Assembly (NCBI GenBank): GCA_913041905.1
Contig: CAJWJQ010000002.1
Location: 1-48,404, forward strand
Origin: an uncultured Gammaproteobacteria bacterium
GTDB lineage: Bacteria; Pseudomonadota; Gammaproteobacteria; GCA-002705445; GCA-002716945
Reading direction: 5' to 3'
DNA: 48,404 bases
This document shows positions 40,184 through 48,404 of the stretch, piece after piece. A program made the translations under genes and the position numbers. Numbering within the stretch: the stretch's first letter is position 1; each line of letters begins with the position of its first letter. The notes beneath the pieces are model-generated. The model saw only the letters and a list, made by a program, of their open reading frames with translations. It was not told the origin of the DNA and searched no databases.

Positions 40184-40707
40184 TTTTTCTTAGCCTCTTT
40201 TTTAACAATATGTTCATCTTCATATCTAATTCCTTTTCCTTTGTAAGGCTCTGGAGATCTAATTGATCTTATTTCTGCCGCAGCTTGTCCTACTTTTTGT
40301 CTATCTGCCCCAGATATTACAATTTCTGTTTGAGAGGGTGTCTCAATTTTTAAATCATCAGGTATGGGATAATTTACAGGGTGTGAGTAACCAACAACTA
40401 ATTCAAGTGATTTACCCTGGGTTTTAGCTCTATATCCCACGCCCACAAGTTTTAATTTTTTTATCCATCCTTTTGATACTCCATGAATCATATTATATAA
40501 AAGAGCTCTAGTTGTTCCAGACAATGGTTTGAAGCTTTCGTCTTTAGTGTTGACGCTAAGCTCTCCATCTTTTTCAGTTATAGTTATCTTGTCATTTTTA
40601 ATAAAAGATAATTTTCCTAATGGACCCTCAACCTGTACTTCATTTAGATTAATACTAAATTTTATATTTTCTGGTACTACTACTGGTTTTCTTGCAACTT
40701 TAGACAT
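40180..40707 (-). CDS. rplF: 50S ribosomal protein L6
   Basis: The canonical start MSKVARKPVVVP is at the ATG at 40707. The ORF-track extension to 40746 overlaps rpsH. Confidence 0.95.
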   Translation of the reverse strand: MSKVARKPVVVPENIKFSINLNEVQVEGPLGKLSFIKNDKITITEKDGELSVNTKDESFKPLSGTTRALLYNMIHGVSKGWIKKLKLVGVGYRAKTQGKSLELVVGYSHPVNYPIPDDLKIETPSQTEIVISGADRQKVGQAAAEIRSIRSPEPYKGKGIRYEDEHIVKKEAKKK

Positions 40708-40712
40708 ATTTT

Positions 40713-41105
40713 CTATGAGACAAAACAAATTATCTCTCCTCCGCAATTTTTTTCACGCGCCTGTTTATCAGTCATTACCCCATGAGATGTAGACACAATA
40801 CAAATACCAAGACCATTATTAACAACAGGTATTTGATTAGCTTGTTTAAATATTCTGAGTCCTGGTCTACTAATTCTTTTAATTTCTTCAATAACAGGTT
40901 TTCCTTCATAATATTTTAAGCGAACTTTTATATTCTTTTTTGTATCGCCACCTATTTCAGATGATTCAATATATCCTTCGTCTTTCAATACATTGCATAT
41001 TGAAAATTTCATCTTGGAATACGGAATACTTACATCAACTTTGGATGATGTTTGCGCATTTCTTATTCTTGTAAGTAAATCTGCTATTGTATCACTCATG
41101 CTCAT
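40713..41105 (-). CDS. rpsH: 30S ribosomal protein S8
   Basis: 130 aa starting [17 protein letters not shown]. Confidence 0.95.
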   Translation of the reverse strand: MSMSDTIADLLTRIRNAQTSSKVDVSIPYSKMKFSICNVLKDEGYIESSEIGGDTKKNIKVRLKYYEGKPVIEEIKRISRPGLRIFKQANQIPVVNNGLGICIVSTSHGVMTDKQAREKNCGGEIICFVS

Positions 41106-41109
41106 AATT

Positions 41110-41415
41110 TTACCAACTCGCTTTTGTTAAACCGGGTATATCCCCACGCATAGCGGCCTTTCTAAGTTTAGATCTGCCTAATGTAAATTTTCTATAAACT
41201 CCTCTAGGTCTTCCAGTTAATGCACATCTATTTCTTTGCCTAGTTGGAGATGAGTTTAATGGTAGTTTCTGTAGTTTTTTTCTAAGTACAGCAGCTTCCT
41301 CTGTAGATATACCTGAGGTTTTTAATTTTTCTTTTAAAGACTTTCTCTTGTGTGAATGCTTCAACACCAACACTGCTCTCTTTTTTTCTCTTTGAATTAT
41401 AGATGATTTAGCCAT
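41110..41415 (-). CDS. rpsN: 30S ribosomal protein S14
   Basis: The canonical start [13 protein letters not shown] is at 41415, giving 101 aa, and the protein ends in W. The ORF-track extension overlaps rplE. Confidence 0.95.
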   Translation of the reverse strand: MAKSSIIQREKKRAVLVLKHSHKRKSLKEKLKTSGISTEEAAVLRKKLQKLPLNSSPTRQRNRCALTGRPRGVYRKFTLGRSKLRKAAMRGDIPGLTKASW

Positions 41416-41416
41416 A

Positions 41417-41953
41417 TTATTTAAATGGAAAGTTAAACTGTTTGAAAAGTTCCATTGCCTCCTGATTATTTTTTGCACTTGTTATGATACAGATATCTAA
41501 TCCTTTAATTTTATCTATCCTATCAAAATTAATTTCAGGGAATATAATATGCTCTTTTATTCCTAGTGTATAATTTCCTCTTCCATCAAAAGAACTTGTG
41601 CTTAAACCTCTGAAATCTCTGGTTCTGGGCAATGATATTTTTATAAGTTTCTCAAAAAAGTCATACATTTTTTCTTTTCTAAGGGTCACCTTGCACCCTA
41701 TAGGCATGCCTTCTCTTAATTTAAAATTAGCAATAGATTTTTTTGCGTATGTTAGAACTGCTTTTTGACCACTGATTTGAGTTAACTCTTGTTGCGCAGA
41801 CTCTAATATTTTTTTATCACTAACAGCAGAACCGAGTCCCATATTTAATGTTATTTTCATAAGCCTTGGTACTTCCATGGGAGATTTCAACTTAAATTGC
41901 TCCATTAAAGAAGGTACTATATTTTCTTTATAATATTCTTGATATGTGTTCAC
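41417..41953 (-). CDS. rplE: 50S ribosomal protein L5
   Basis: 178 aa. Position and motifs ([21 protein letters not shown]) fit L5. Confidence 0.95.
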   Translation of the reverse strand: MNTYQEYYKENIVPSLMEQFKLKSPMEVPRLMKITLNMGLGSAVSDKKILESAQQELTQISGQKAVLTYAKKSIANFKLREGMPIGCKVTLRKEKMYDFFEKLIKISLPRTRDFRGLSTSSFDGRGNYTLGIKEHIIFPEINFDRIDKIKGLDICIITSAKNNQEAMELFKQFNFPFK

Positions 41954-41954
41954 T

Positions 41955-42272
41955 TTAAATATCTATTACCTCTTTATTAGATTTATAAATTCTTACCTTT
42001 TTACCATCTTCAAGTTTTTTAAAACCAATTTTATCTCTTTTTTTTGTAATAGGATTAAGCATCATAACATTTGAAATATGCAGGGGCATCTCTCTTTCAA
42101 TAATGCCTCCTGTTTCCTCTTTATTAGGATTTGGTTTTACATGTTTTTTTGCTAGATTTATATTAGTTACTAACAATTTATCAGGCTCAATAACTTTTAT
42201 TATTTCTCCCTTCTTTCCTTTGTCTTTCCCAGATATAACAATCACTGAATCACCTTTTTTTAATTTATTCAT
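41955..42272 (-). CDS. rplX: 50S ribosomal protein L24
   Basis: 105 aa with a KOW motif ([18 protein letters not shown]). Confidence 0.95.
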   Translation of the reverse strand: MNKLKKGDSVIVISGKDKGKKGEIIKVIEPDKLLVTNINLAKKHVKPNPNKEETGGIIEREMPLHISNVMMLNPITKKRDKIGFKKLEDGKKVRIYKSNKEVIDI

Positions 42273-42284
42273 AATAAAATCTAC

Positions 42285-42653
42285 CTATAGAACCTCAGGA
42301 GCCAAGGATATTATTTTCATAAATGTTAGCGCTCTTAGTTCGCGCGTAACAGGGCCAAAAATTCTAGTTCCTAGCGGCTCTAACTTATTATCAAGTAAAA
42401 CAACAGCGTTGCTATCAAACCTTATTGCAGAACCATCAGATCTTCTAATACCTTTTTTTGTTCTAACAATTACAGCATTGTAAACTTCTCCTTTCTTAAC
42501 TTTACTTTTTGGGATTGCATCTTTTACTGCAACTTTTACAACATCCCCAATTGTTGCAAACTGTCTATGAGATCCTCCCAAGACCTTAATACACATTAAT
42601 TTCTTAGCGCCGCTATTGTCTGCTGATTGTAAAGTTGTTTGCATTTGTATCAT
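42285..42653 (-). CDS. rplN: 50S ribosomal protein L14
   Basis: 122 aa starting [27 protein letters not shown]. Confidence 0.95.
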   Translation of the reverse strand: MIQMQTTLQSADNSGAKKLMCIKVLGGSHRQFATIGDVVKVAVKDAIPKSKVKKGEVYNAVIVRTKKGIRRSDGSAIRFDSNAVVLLDNKLEPLGTRIFGPVTRELRALTFMKIISLAPEVL

Positions 42654-42669
42654 AATATTTCTAACCTGC

Positions 42670-42909
42670 TTATTCCTTAACCAATAACCATGATTTTGTT
42701 TTTGAAATTGGCTTAGATTGTTTTATAAGAACTTGTTGACCAATCTGACACTCGTTATTTTCATCATGTATATGGAATTTGCTTGTTCTTTTGATATATT
42801 TTCCATTAACAGGATGTTTTATCTGTCTCTCAACAACCACCGTGGCAGACTTATCCATTTTATTGCTAATAACTCTTGCTAATAAAGTTTTAGTTTTTTT
42901 ATTTTCCAT
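42670..42909 (-). CDS. rpsQ: 30S ribosomal protein S17
   Basis: [13 protein letters not shown] and SKTKSWLLV motifs. The ATG at 42909 ([13 protein letters not shown]) aligns best with the E. coli N-terminus. The ORF-track GTG at 42924 is an alternative. Either start overlaps the rpmC 3' end. Confidence 0.9.
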   Translation of the reverse strand: MENKKTKTLLARVISNKMDKSATVVVERQIKHPVNGKYIKRTSKFHIHDENNECQIGQQVLIKQSKPISKTKSWLLVKE

Positions 42910-43096
42910 TTTTTTTGTTCTCACTTAAAACTGTTTTGACTCTGGCTATATTTTTTTTATTTACAGAAAATAAATGTGGTTTTGGATTTAATCCAGAACC
43001 TCTTTGCATGCGTAAATCAAACTTTTCTTTCATTAATTTTTTTAATTCCTCTGAAAGTTCCTGGTTAGTCTTTTTCTTATAATCTTCAAACTTCAT
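42899..43096 (-). CDS. rpmC: 50S ribosomal protein L29
   Basis: 65 aa. Position between rplP and rpsQ, and the ELxxLxxExFxLRMQ pattern, fit L29. Confidence 0.9.
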   Translation of the reverse strand: MKFEDYKKKTNQELSEELKKLMKEKFDLRMQRGSGLNPKPHLFSVNKKNIARVKTVLSENKKNGK

Positions 43097-43509
43097 TACA
43101 TTATCGCTCTATTTACAAATGTTGTTATTACAGGTAATTTTGCAGCTGCCAATCTAAATGCCTCTCGCGCTATATCTTCGGTAACTCCTTCCATTTCATA
43201 TAAAACTTTACCGGGCTGTACTTTTGCAACCCAATATTCAACATTACCTTTTCCTTTACCCATTCTTACTTCTACTGGTTTTTTTGTTATTGGCACATCA
43301 GGAAAAATTCTTATCCAAACTTTGCCTCCACGCTTAATATGTCTTGTCATAGCTCTTCTTGCTGCTTCAATTTGTCTCGCAGTTATTCTTCCTCTAGTCA
43401 TAGCTTTCAACCCAAATTCTCCAAAACTTACTTTAGCACCTGAGGTTGCAAAACCTCTAAGCTTGCCTTTTTGCTGTTTTCTAAATTTTGTTTTTTTTGG
43501 TTGCAACAT
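43096..43509 (-). CDS. rplP: 50S ribosomal protein L16
   Basis: 137 aa starting [15 protein letters not shown]. Confidence 0.95.
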   Translation of the reverse strand: MLQPKKTKFRKQQKGKLRGFATSGAKVSFGEFGLKAMTRGRITARQIEAARRAMTRHIKRGGKVWIRIFPDVPITKKPVEVRMGKGKGNVEYWVAKVQPGKVLYEMEGVTEDIAREAFRLAAAKLPVITTFVNRAIM

Positions 43510-44204
43510 TATTTTTCACCATTATTATTTTTATTGTGCTTGCCCTTGGTTTGTTCTTTTTCATTATCTTGCTTTTCATCTTCATGAAAAATCCAAACCT
43601 TAATACCTATAATCCCATATGTTGTTAACGCCTCTGAAAAACCATAGTCAATGTTTGCTTTTAAAGTATGCAGAGGCACTCTACCTTCTCTATACCATTC
43701 GCTTCTAGCAATTTCTGCTCCATTAAGTCTACCTCCAACATTTACTTTAATACCTAATGCTCCTAGTCTCATGGTGTTAGTAACCGCTCTTTTCATAGCT
43801 CTCCTATACATAATTCTTCTTTCTAATTGCTGGGCGATGCCTTCTGATACTAATTGCGCATCTAGTTCAGGCTTTCTAATTTCTTTTACATTTAGTTTTA
43901 CTTGGTCTTTTGGCGTACCTAAGATGGAAGATATTTTTTCTCTATATTTCTCAATATCTTCGCCTTTTTTCCCTATAACAATTCCTGGTCTTGAAGAGAA
44001 AACTGTAATTACAACTTCTTTTGTAGGGCGTTCAATTAAAATTTTACTTACTGAAGCATGCTTTAATTTTCCCTTTAAATAGTCTCTTATTTTTATGTCT
44101 TCCATCAAAAATTTAGAAAATTCTTTTGAATTTGCATACCATTTAGAATTCCAGTCAGTTGAAATACCTAATCTAATACCAGTTGGGTGAACTTTTTGTC
44201 CCAT
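43509..44204 (-). CDS. rpsC: 30S ribosomal protein S3
   Basis: 231 aa starting [13 protein letters not shown], with a KH domain. Confidence 0.95.
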   Translation of the reverse strand: MGQKVHPTGIRLGISTDWNSKWYANSKEFSKFLMEDIKIRDYLKGKLKHASVSKILIERPTKEVVITVFSSRPGIVIGKKGEDIEKYREKISSILGTPKDQVKLNVKEIRKPELDAQLVSEGIAQQLERRIMYRRAMKRAVTNTMRLGALGIKVNVGGRLNGAEIARSEWYREGRVPLHTLKANIDYGFSEALTTYGIIGIKVWIFHEDEKQDNEKEQTKGKHNKNNNGEK

Positions 44205-44206
44205 AA

Positions 44207-44548
44207 TTACGCCTCTTTCCCATCAGATACAATCACGGTTATGTGGCTGCTTCTTTTTAAAATTTGATTAACCCTTCCTCTCGCTCTAGGCATATGTCTT
44301 TTTGCCGTAGGTCCTTCATCTACAAGAATATTTTTTATAATTAAATCGTCAATATCTAAAGAATTATTATTTTCTGCATTAGCTACTGCTGACTCTAAGA
44401 CTTTAAGAATCATTTTAGAGGCTTTTTTATTATTAAAATTTAAAAACTCTAGAGCTTTATCAACCCTTAAACCTCTCACAGCATCAGCTACTAGACGACA
44501 TTTTTGTGCTGATATCCTTTGGTATTTTAATATTGCTTGTGTATCCAT
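44207..44548 (-). CDS. rplV: 50S ribosomal protein L22
   Basis: 113 aa with [16 protein letters not shown]. Confidence 0.95.
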   Translation of the reverse strand: MDTQAILKYQRISAQKCRLVADAVRGLRVDKALEFLNFNNKKASKMILKVLESAVANAENNNSLDIDDLIIKNILVDEGPTAKRHMPRARGRVNQILKRSSHITVIVSDGKEA

Positions 44549-44563
44549 TATTCTGCTTTACCT

Positions 44564-44848
44564 TTACTTTTCTTTTACCTTTGCTTTTCTATCACCTGAG
44601 TGACCTTTAAAAATTCTGGTCGGAGAAAATTCTCCTAATTTATGGCCAACCATATTTTCGCTAACATAAACTGGGATATGTTGTTTGCCATTATGAACGC
44701 TTATTGTTAGTCCGACCATGTCAGGCGAAATAACAGATCTTCTTGACCATGTTTTTATGGGTTTTTTGTCATTACCTCCAACTGCTTTATCTATTTTAGA
44801 TTGAAGATGATAATCAATAAATGGTCCTTTTTTAAGCGATCTAGCCAT
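44564..44848 (-). CDS. rpsS: 30S ribosomal protein S19
   Basis: 94 aa starting [12 protein letters not shown] and containing [11 protein letters not shown]. Confidence 0.95.
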   Translation of the reverse strand: MARSLKKGPFIDYHLQSKIDKAVGGNDKKPIKTWSRRSVISPDMVGLTISVHNGKQHIPVYVSENMVGHKLGEFSPTRIFKGHSGDRKAKVKEK

Positions 44849-44852
44849 AAGT

Positions 44853-45692
44853 TTATTTCCTTTTCCTCTTATTTACTCTTCGTCTAACTATCATTCCATC
44901 TGTTCTTTTATTAGAACGTGTCTTGTACCCTTTGGTAGGAGTTCCCCATGGTGACACAGGGTCTCTTCCACCAGAAGTTTTACCTTCTCCACCGCCATGT
45001 GGATGGTCAATTGGATTCATTGCAACACCTCTTACTGTTGGTCTTACTCCTAACCACCTTTTTGCTCCTGCTTTACCATAAGATTGTAAATTATATTCGC
45101 TATTGCCAACTTCACCAATTGTTGCTTTACAATTTGAATGAATCTTCCTCATCTCTCCAGATTTTAGTTTTAAAGTTACATAGTCACCCTCTAGTGCTGC
45201 AATTTGTGCAACTGTTCCTGCACTTCTTGCAATCTGCGCACCTTTTCCAGGTTTCATTTCTATACAATGCACTTGTGTTCCCACTGGTATATTTTTTAGA
45301 GGTAAAGCATTTCCAACTGAAATTGAGGAGTCTTTACCTGACATTACTGAGTCCCCTTTTTTTAAGTTTTTTGGAGAAATTATATATCTGCGTTCGCCGT
45401 CAATATATAGCAATAAAGCAATGTTTGCATTTCTATTAGGATCATATTCTAATCTTTCGACTTTTGCAGATATATTATCCTTATCTCTTTTAAAATCTAT
45501 TAAACGATATTTTCTTTTATGCCCACCACCTATATGTCTAGTGGTTATTCTCCCCTGATTATTTCTTCCGCCAGATTTCTTTGATTTAACAACCAATGAA
45601 GTACAAGGCTTGCCTTTATGTAAGTCATGGTTCTGGATTTTAACTCTAAACCTTCTGCCTGGTGATGTTGGTTTTGATTTAATTAAACTCAT
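44853..45692 (-). CDS. rplB: 50S ribosomal protein L2
   Basis: 279 aa with [19 protein letters not shown] and [13 protein letters not shown]. Confidence 0.95.
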   Translation of the reverse strand: MSLIKSKPTSPGRRFRVKIQNHDLHKGKPCTSLVVKSKKSGGRNNQGRITTRHIGGGHKRKYRLIDFKRDKDNISAKVERLEYDPNRNANIALLLYIDGERRYIISPKNLKKGDSVMSGKDSSISVGNALPLKNIPVGTQVHCIEMKPGKGAQIARSAGTVAQIAALEGDYVTLKLKSGEMRKIHSNCKATIGEVGNSEYNLQSYGKAGAKRWLGVRPTVRGVAMNPIDHPHGGGEGKTSGGRDPVSPWGTPTKGYKTRSNKRTDGMIVRRRVNKRKRK

Positions 45693-45994
45693 GATTTAGC
45701 CTCTGCTTCACCATAACTAATATCAAAACCTTCTTTAAGTCTAACGTATGCTTTTTTCCAGTCTTTTGTTTTGCCATACGTTCTTCCTTGTCTTTTAAGC
45801 TTTCCATTTACATTTAGAAGCCTTACGTTATCTACTTCAACTGAAAACATCATTTCTACAGCTTTTTTAACTTCTAATTTTTTAGCATCTTTGACAACAG
45901 AAAAAACATGTTGGTTCTCGTTGTCGGCTTTAGTTGCAGCCTTCTCTGATACTCTTGGGGCAAGTATAATACTCATTAACCTTTCTTCGTTCAT
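45689..45994 (-). CDS. rplW: 50S ribosomal protein L23
   Basis: 101 aa. Position and the KxEVKxAVExxFxVxV pattern fit L23. Confidence 0.9.
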   Translation of the reverse strand: MNEERLMSIILAPRVSEKAATKADNENQHVFSVVKDAKKLEVKKAVEMMFSVEVDNVRLLNVNGKLKRQGRTYGKTKDWKKAYVRLKEGFDISYGEAEAKS

Positions 45995-46569
45995 GATGTA
46001 ATGCCTTCTATTTTATCTATTATTTTTGAATCAATTATTACATTATCATATCTCATCAAATTATAAGGGTTCATGCCAAGCGGGCTAACAACCTCGATAT
46101 TTTTTAAATTCCTTCCTGCTAAGAAAACATTAATTTTTTTCTCATCTATTATTAACAATGAATTTGTAATTTTAAGCTTTGATATTTTATCTAAGAAGTC
46201 TTTTGTTTTTGGTTTTGTAACATTAAAATCATTAATACAAACTAACCTCTTCTGACGAACTAGTTCTGATAAAATACAATTAAGGGCGTTTTTATACATT
46301 TTTTTATTGATTTTTTTATTATATTTTTTTGGTGATGCTGCAAAGGTAACCCCTCCTCCTTTCCATATAGGGCTTCTTATAGTACCTGCTCTTGCTCTAC
46401 CAGAACCTTTTTGTGGTCTAGGCTTTGCTCCGCCTCCGCTAACCGCTGATCTATTTTTTTGTGCTTTAGTTCCAGCCCTATGATTAGATAAATAATCAGT
46501 AGTAACTTGATGAACCAATGATTCATTAAATTTTTTATTAAATATTTTTTTTAAGTTTACTTCTGCCAT
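45991..46569 (-). CDS. rplD: 50S ribosomal protein L4
   Basis: 192 aa with GGGAKPRPQKGSGRARAGTIRSPIWKGGGVTF. Confidence 0.95.
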   Translation of the reverse strand: MAEVNLKKIFNKKFNESLVHQVTTDYLSNHRAGTKAQKNRSAVSGGGAKPRPQKGSGRARAGTIRSPIWKGGGVTFAASPKKYNKKINKKMYKNALNCILSELVRQKRLVCINDFNVTKPKTKDFLDKISKLKITNSLLIIDEKKINVFLAGRNLKNIEVVSPLGMNPYNLMRYDNVIIDSKIIDKIEGITS

Positions 46570-46572
46570 GTC

Positions 46573-47397
46573 TTACTCTTTATCTTTATTTTCTGGATCA
46601 GGCAAATTTTTTTCTGTGGCTTGTTTTGTTTCGGAGGACTCTTTTACTTCTTCTTTACCTTCTTTCGTTTCTTCTTTAGCTTCTTTTTTAGCTGATTTTT
46701 TAACTTCTTTTGCTTCTTCTTGAAGTTCTCCATCTTTTGTTAGAATCTCTTTTAAGGTATATTTTTTCTGAGTGTGTTTGATAATTACATTTGATCCATC
46801 ATGTCCAGGTATTGAGCCTTTTACTAATATAATATTATCTTCTGTAAATATTTTTACTATAACTAAATTTTGTATTGTGTTTTTTACATTTCCTAATTGA
46901 CCAGCCATTTTTTTACCTTTGAATACACGTCCTGGATCCTGACATTGCCCAGTTGATCCTAAAGCTCGGTGAGATAATGAATTACCGTGAGTCGCATCTT
47001 GCATTGTAAAATGATGCCTCTTTACACCGCCTTGAAAACCCTTTCCAATTGTTGTTCCAGTAATATCAACGTGCTCACCTTCTTTAAATAAGCTTAAATT
47101 AATTGATTTGCCAATTTCTAAGCCTTCAATTTCTTTATCATTTAATCTAAATTCAGTTAATACTTTTCCAGGAGTTATAGATGCTTTTTTATAATGCCCT
47201 AAAACAGCTTTATTGGTTCTTGACTCTTTTTTTTGACCAAAAGAGACTTGGATTGCTTGATATCCATCTTTTTCGAGTGTTTTTATTTGAGTTATAGTAT
47301 TTGGAGACACATTAATAGCTGTGACCGGCACTGATACGCCAGAACTATCGAAAACCCTTGTCATTCCAGCCTTTTGGCCAACCATTCCTAAACTCAT
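46573..47397 (-). CDS. rplC: 50S ribosomal protein L3 with a ~60-aa K/E-rich C-terminal extension
   Basis: The N-terminal ~212 aa are canonical L3 (GMTRVF, GKGFQGGVKRHHF). The frame then continues through EEAKEVKKSAKKEAKEETKEGKEEVKESSETKQ... to a stop 3 nt before rplD. Confidence 0.9.
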   Translation of the reverse strand: MSLGMVGQKAGMTRVFDSSGVSVPVTAINVSPNTITQIKTLEKDGYQAIQVSFGQKKESRTNKAVLGHYKKASITPGKVLTEFRLNDKEIEGLEIGKSINLSLFKEGEHVDITGTTIGKGFQGGVKRHHFTMQDATHGNSLSHRALGSTGQCQDPGRVFKGKKMAGQLGNVKNTIQNLVIVKIFTEDNIILVKGSIPGHDGSNVIIKHTQKKYTLKEILTKDGELQEEAKEVKKSAKKEAKEETKEGKEEVKESSETKQATEKNLPDPENKDKE

Positions 47398-47506
47398 TTT
47401 TTTATCCTCAAAATGATAAAGTTAATATTTTCTTAAAGTTTTATGCAAAATGTGCTGAATCTTAACATAAATTAAGGGTTTTATGTATGATTTTTAAAGA
47501 AAAAAG

Positions 47507-48076
47507 CTAATTTAGTTCAATTTGAACATCAACGCCTGCAGCTAAATCAAGCTTCATTAAAGCGTCAACAGTTTTATCTGTAGGCTCTACTATATCCATT
47601 AACCTTTTATGGGTTCTTATTTCATACTGGTCTCTAGCATCTTTGTCTACATGAGGAGATATTAATATGGTAAATCTCTCTTTTCTAGTAGGTAAAGGTA
47701 TTGGTCCTAAAACCCTAGCACCAGTTCTTTTTGCTGTTTCAACAATTTCTTTTGCAGAAATATCTATTAATTTATGGTCAAAAGTTTTTAATCTAATTCT
47801 TATTGTTTGTGCCTTAGGTTTTGTAGGTGTAGTTTTTTTAATTGATACATTAGTTTTCGTTTCAACTATTTTTGGCTCTTTTTTTTCAATAACTTTAGAA
47901 GCTGTTTTCTTTTTTGTAGTTTTTGAAACTTTTTTTGGAGCAGCGGCTACTTTCTTTTTACTTGTAGTTGTTTTTTTCTTTGTAGTTTTTGAAACTTTTT
48001 TTGGAGCAGCGGCTACTTTCTTTTTAGTTGCGGTTGTTTTTTTCTTTGTAGTTTTTGAAACTTTCTTTTCTACCAT
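47507..48076 (-). CDS. rpsJ: 30S ribosomal protein S10 with an 86-aa lysine-rich repetitive N-terminal extension
   Basis: The C-terminal 103 aa are canonical S10 ([14 protein letters not shown]...[13 protein letters not shown]...). The only in-frame ATG, GTG or TTG upstream of that core is the ATG at 48076, 2 nt after the fusA stop. Confidence 0.85.
   Translation of the reverse strand: MVEKKVSKTTKKKTTATKKKVAAAPKKVSKTTKKKTTTSKKKVAAAPKKVSKTTKKKTASKVIEKKEPKIVETKTNVSIKKTTPTKPKAQTIRIRLKTFDHKLIDISAKEIVETAKRTGARVLGPIPLPTRKERFTILISPHVDKDARDQYEIRTHKRLMDIVEPTDKTVDALMKLDLAAGVDVQIELN
47897..48067 (-). repeat. In-frame 66-nt tandem repeat, about 2.6 copies, encoding [12 protein letters not shown](A/T)(T/S)KKKVAAAP
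   Basis: I aligned copies 47915-47980 and 47981-48046 by hand and they differ at 3 of 66 positions. A third partial copy starts at 48047. Confidence 0.9.
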
Positions 48077-48078
48077 TT

Positions 48079-48404
48079 TTATGACGCCTGTTGAATTAAT
48101 GCTTCTGCTACATTGTTTGGTAGTTCCGCATATTTAGTAAATTCCATTGTATAAGTAGCTCTTCCTTGTGACATTGATCTTAATGTTGTTGAATAACCAA
48201 ACATTTCAGATAAAGGCACTTCTGCTTTCACGACATTTCCTGCAACAGTATCTTCCATCCCTAAAACTATACCACGCCTTCTGTTTAAATCTCCTGTAAC
48301 ATCTCCAAGGTAATCTTTTGGTGTAACAGCTTCAACAGACATTACGGGCTCTAATATTACAGGTTTTGCTTTTTTAGCACCTTCTTTAAAAGCTTGGGAA
48401 GCTG
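48079..48404 (-). CDS. fusA: Elongation factor G, 3' end (partial, continues beyond the window)
   Basis: The frame is open to the window edge. The translation ...[41 protein letters not shown]...[11 protein letters not shown] matches EF-G domains IV-V. Confidence 0.9.
   Translation of the reverse strand, partial: ASQAFKEGAKKAKPVILEPVMSVEAVTPKDYLGDVTGDLNRRRGIVLGMEDTVAGNVVKAEVPLSEMFGYSTTLRSMSQGRATYTMEFTKYAELPNNVAEALIQQAS

Noticed and set aside
47398-47506. A possible 11-codon leader peptide (MLRFSTFCIKL) in the rpsJ-rplC spacer.
   Set aside because: It has no Shine-Dalgarno sequence, its composition is not informative, and short ATG-to-stop frames are expected by chance. Only the unusual spacer length is reported.
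47897-48067. The 66-nt tandem repeat considered as a CRISPR array or non-coding minisatellite.
   Set aside because: The copies are directly adjacent with no spacers, the period is a multiple of three, and the repeat lies in frame inside the rpsJ ORF. It is a coding repeat.
42103-48137. Long plus-strand ORFs antisense to ribosomal protein genes: 42103-42483, 43322-43603, 43651-44082, 44948-45439, 45771-46001 and 47667-48137. The last is a repetitive hydrophobic 156-aa ORF opposite rpsJ.
   Set aside because: They mirror Lys/Arg/Gly-rich r-protein genes, where AAA/AAG codons read as TTT/CTT on the other strand. They have no RBS or family resemblance, and every one lies wholly inside strongly supported genes.
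1-48404. Searched by eye for tRNA, rRNA, CRISPR repeats, IS or transposase, integrase, toxin-antitoxin pairs, restriction-modification or other defence genes, and prophage remnants.
   Set aside because: None found. Every ORF of 90 aa or more that is not a shadow of a longer gene is either a recognisable housekeeping or membrane gene, or one of the few unknowns listed. The intergenic space is too small to hide structured RNA genes of tRNA size, apart from the spacers already discussed.

Overview
This is an AT-rich (roughly 30% GC by eye), very gene-dense chromosomal window. Well over 90% is coding and many gene junctions overlap by 1-20 nt. I found no tRNA, rRNA, CRISPR array, IS element, integrase or recognisable defence gene. 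The synteny is gammaproteobacterial in style: secY-rpmJ-rpsM-rpsK-rpsD-rpoA-rplQ, divergent ssb/uvrA, yhdP-(CN hydrolase)-tldD-pmbA, and miaB-phoH-ybeY-corC-lnt-leuS-lptE.

Content from left to right:
- 6-7137 (+): a nine-gene, translationally coupled Mrp-type cation/proton antiporter cluster in the non-canonical order E-F-G-DUF4040-B-C-D-D-x-D.
- 7134-17058 (-): a housekeeping block of pmbA, tldD, a nitrilase-family hydrolase, yhdP-like, rsfS, nadD, proA and holA.
- 17092-22960: a small mixed region holding a beta-hydroxyacid dehydrogenase, a Cys-less Irr-like Fur-family regulator, a rubrerythrin / CCG Fe-S protein / DUF3501 operon, pyrD, a 93-aa orphan and an MBL hydrolase.
- 22962-31431 (-): the lptE-to-ssb block.
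- 31595-34459 (+): uvrA.
- 34443-48404 (-): the complete alpha/spc/S10 ribosomal-protein superoperon, ending in the 3' end of fusA.

The best candidate for an undescribed system is the rubrerythrin / HdrD-GlpC-like Fe-S / DUF3501 operon. Its predicted promoter has its -10 hexamer inside a perfect palindrome that matches the alphaproteobacterial Irr 'iron control element' core. An Irr-like regulator gene lies convergent to the operon's 3' end.

Other observations:
- S10 carries an 86-aa lysine-rich N-terminal extension built from a near-perfect 66-nt tandem repeat.
- L3 carries a K/E-rich C-terminal tail.
- fusA abuts rpsJ with no tuf between them.
- nadD has no canonical start codon upstream of its catalytic motif.
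- Several convergent gene pairs share or abut stop codons.

All family assignments come from reading motifs and from recalled knowledge, not from searches.
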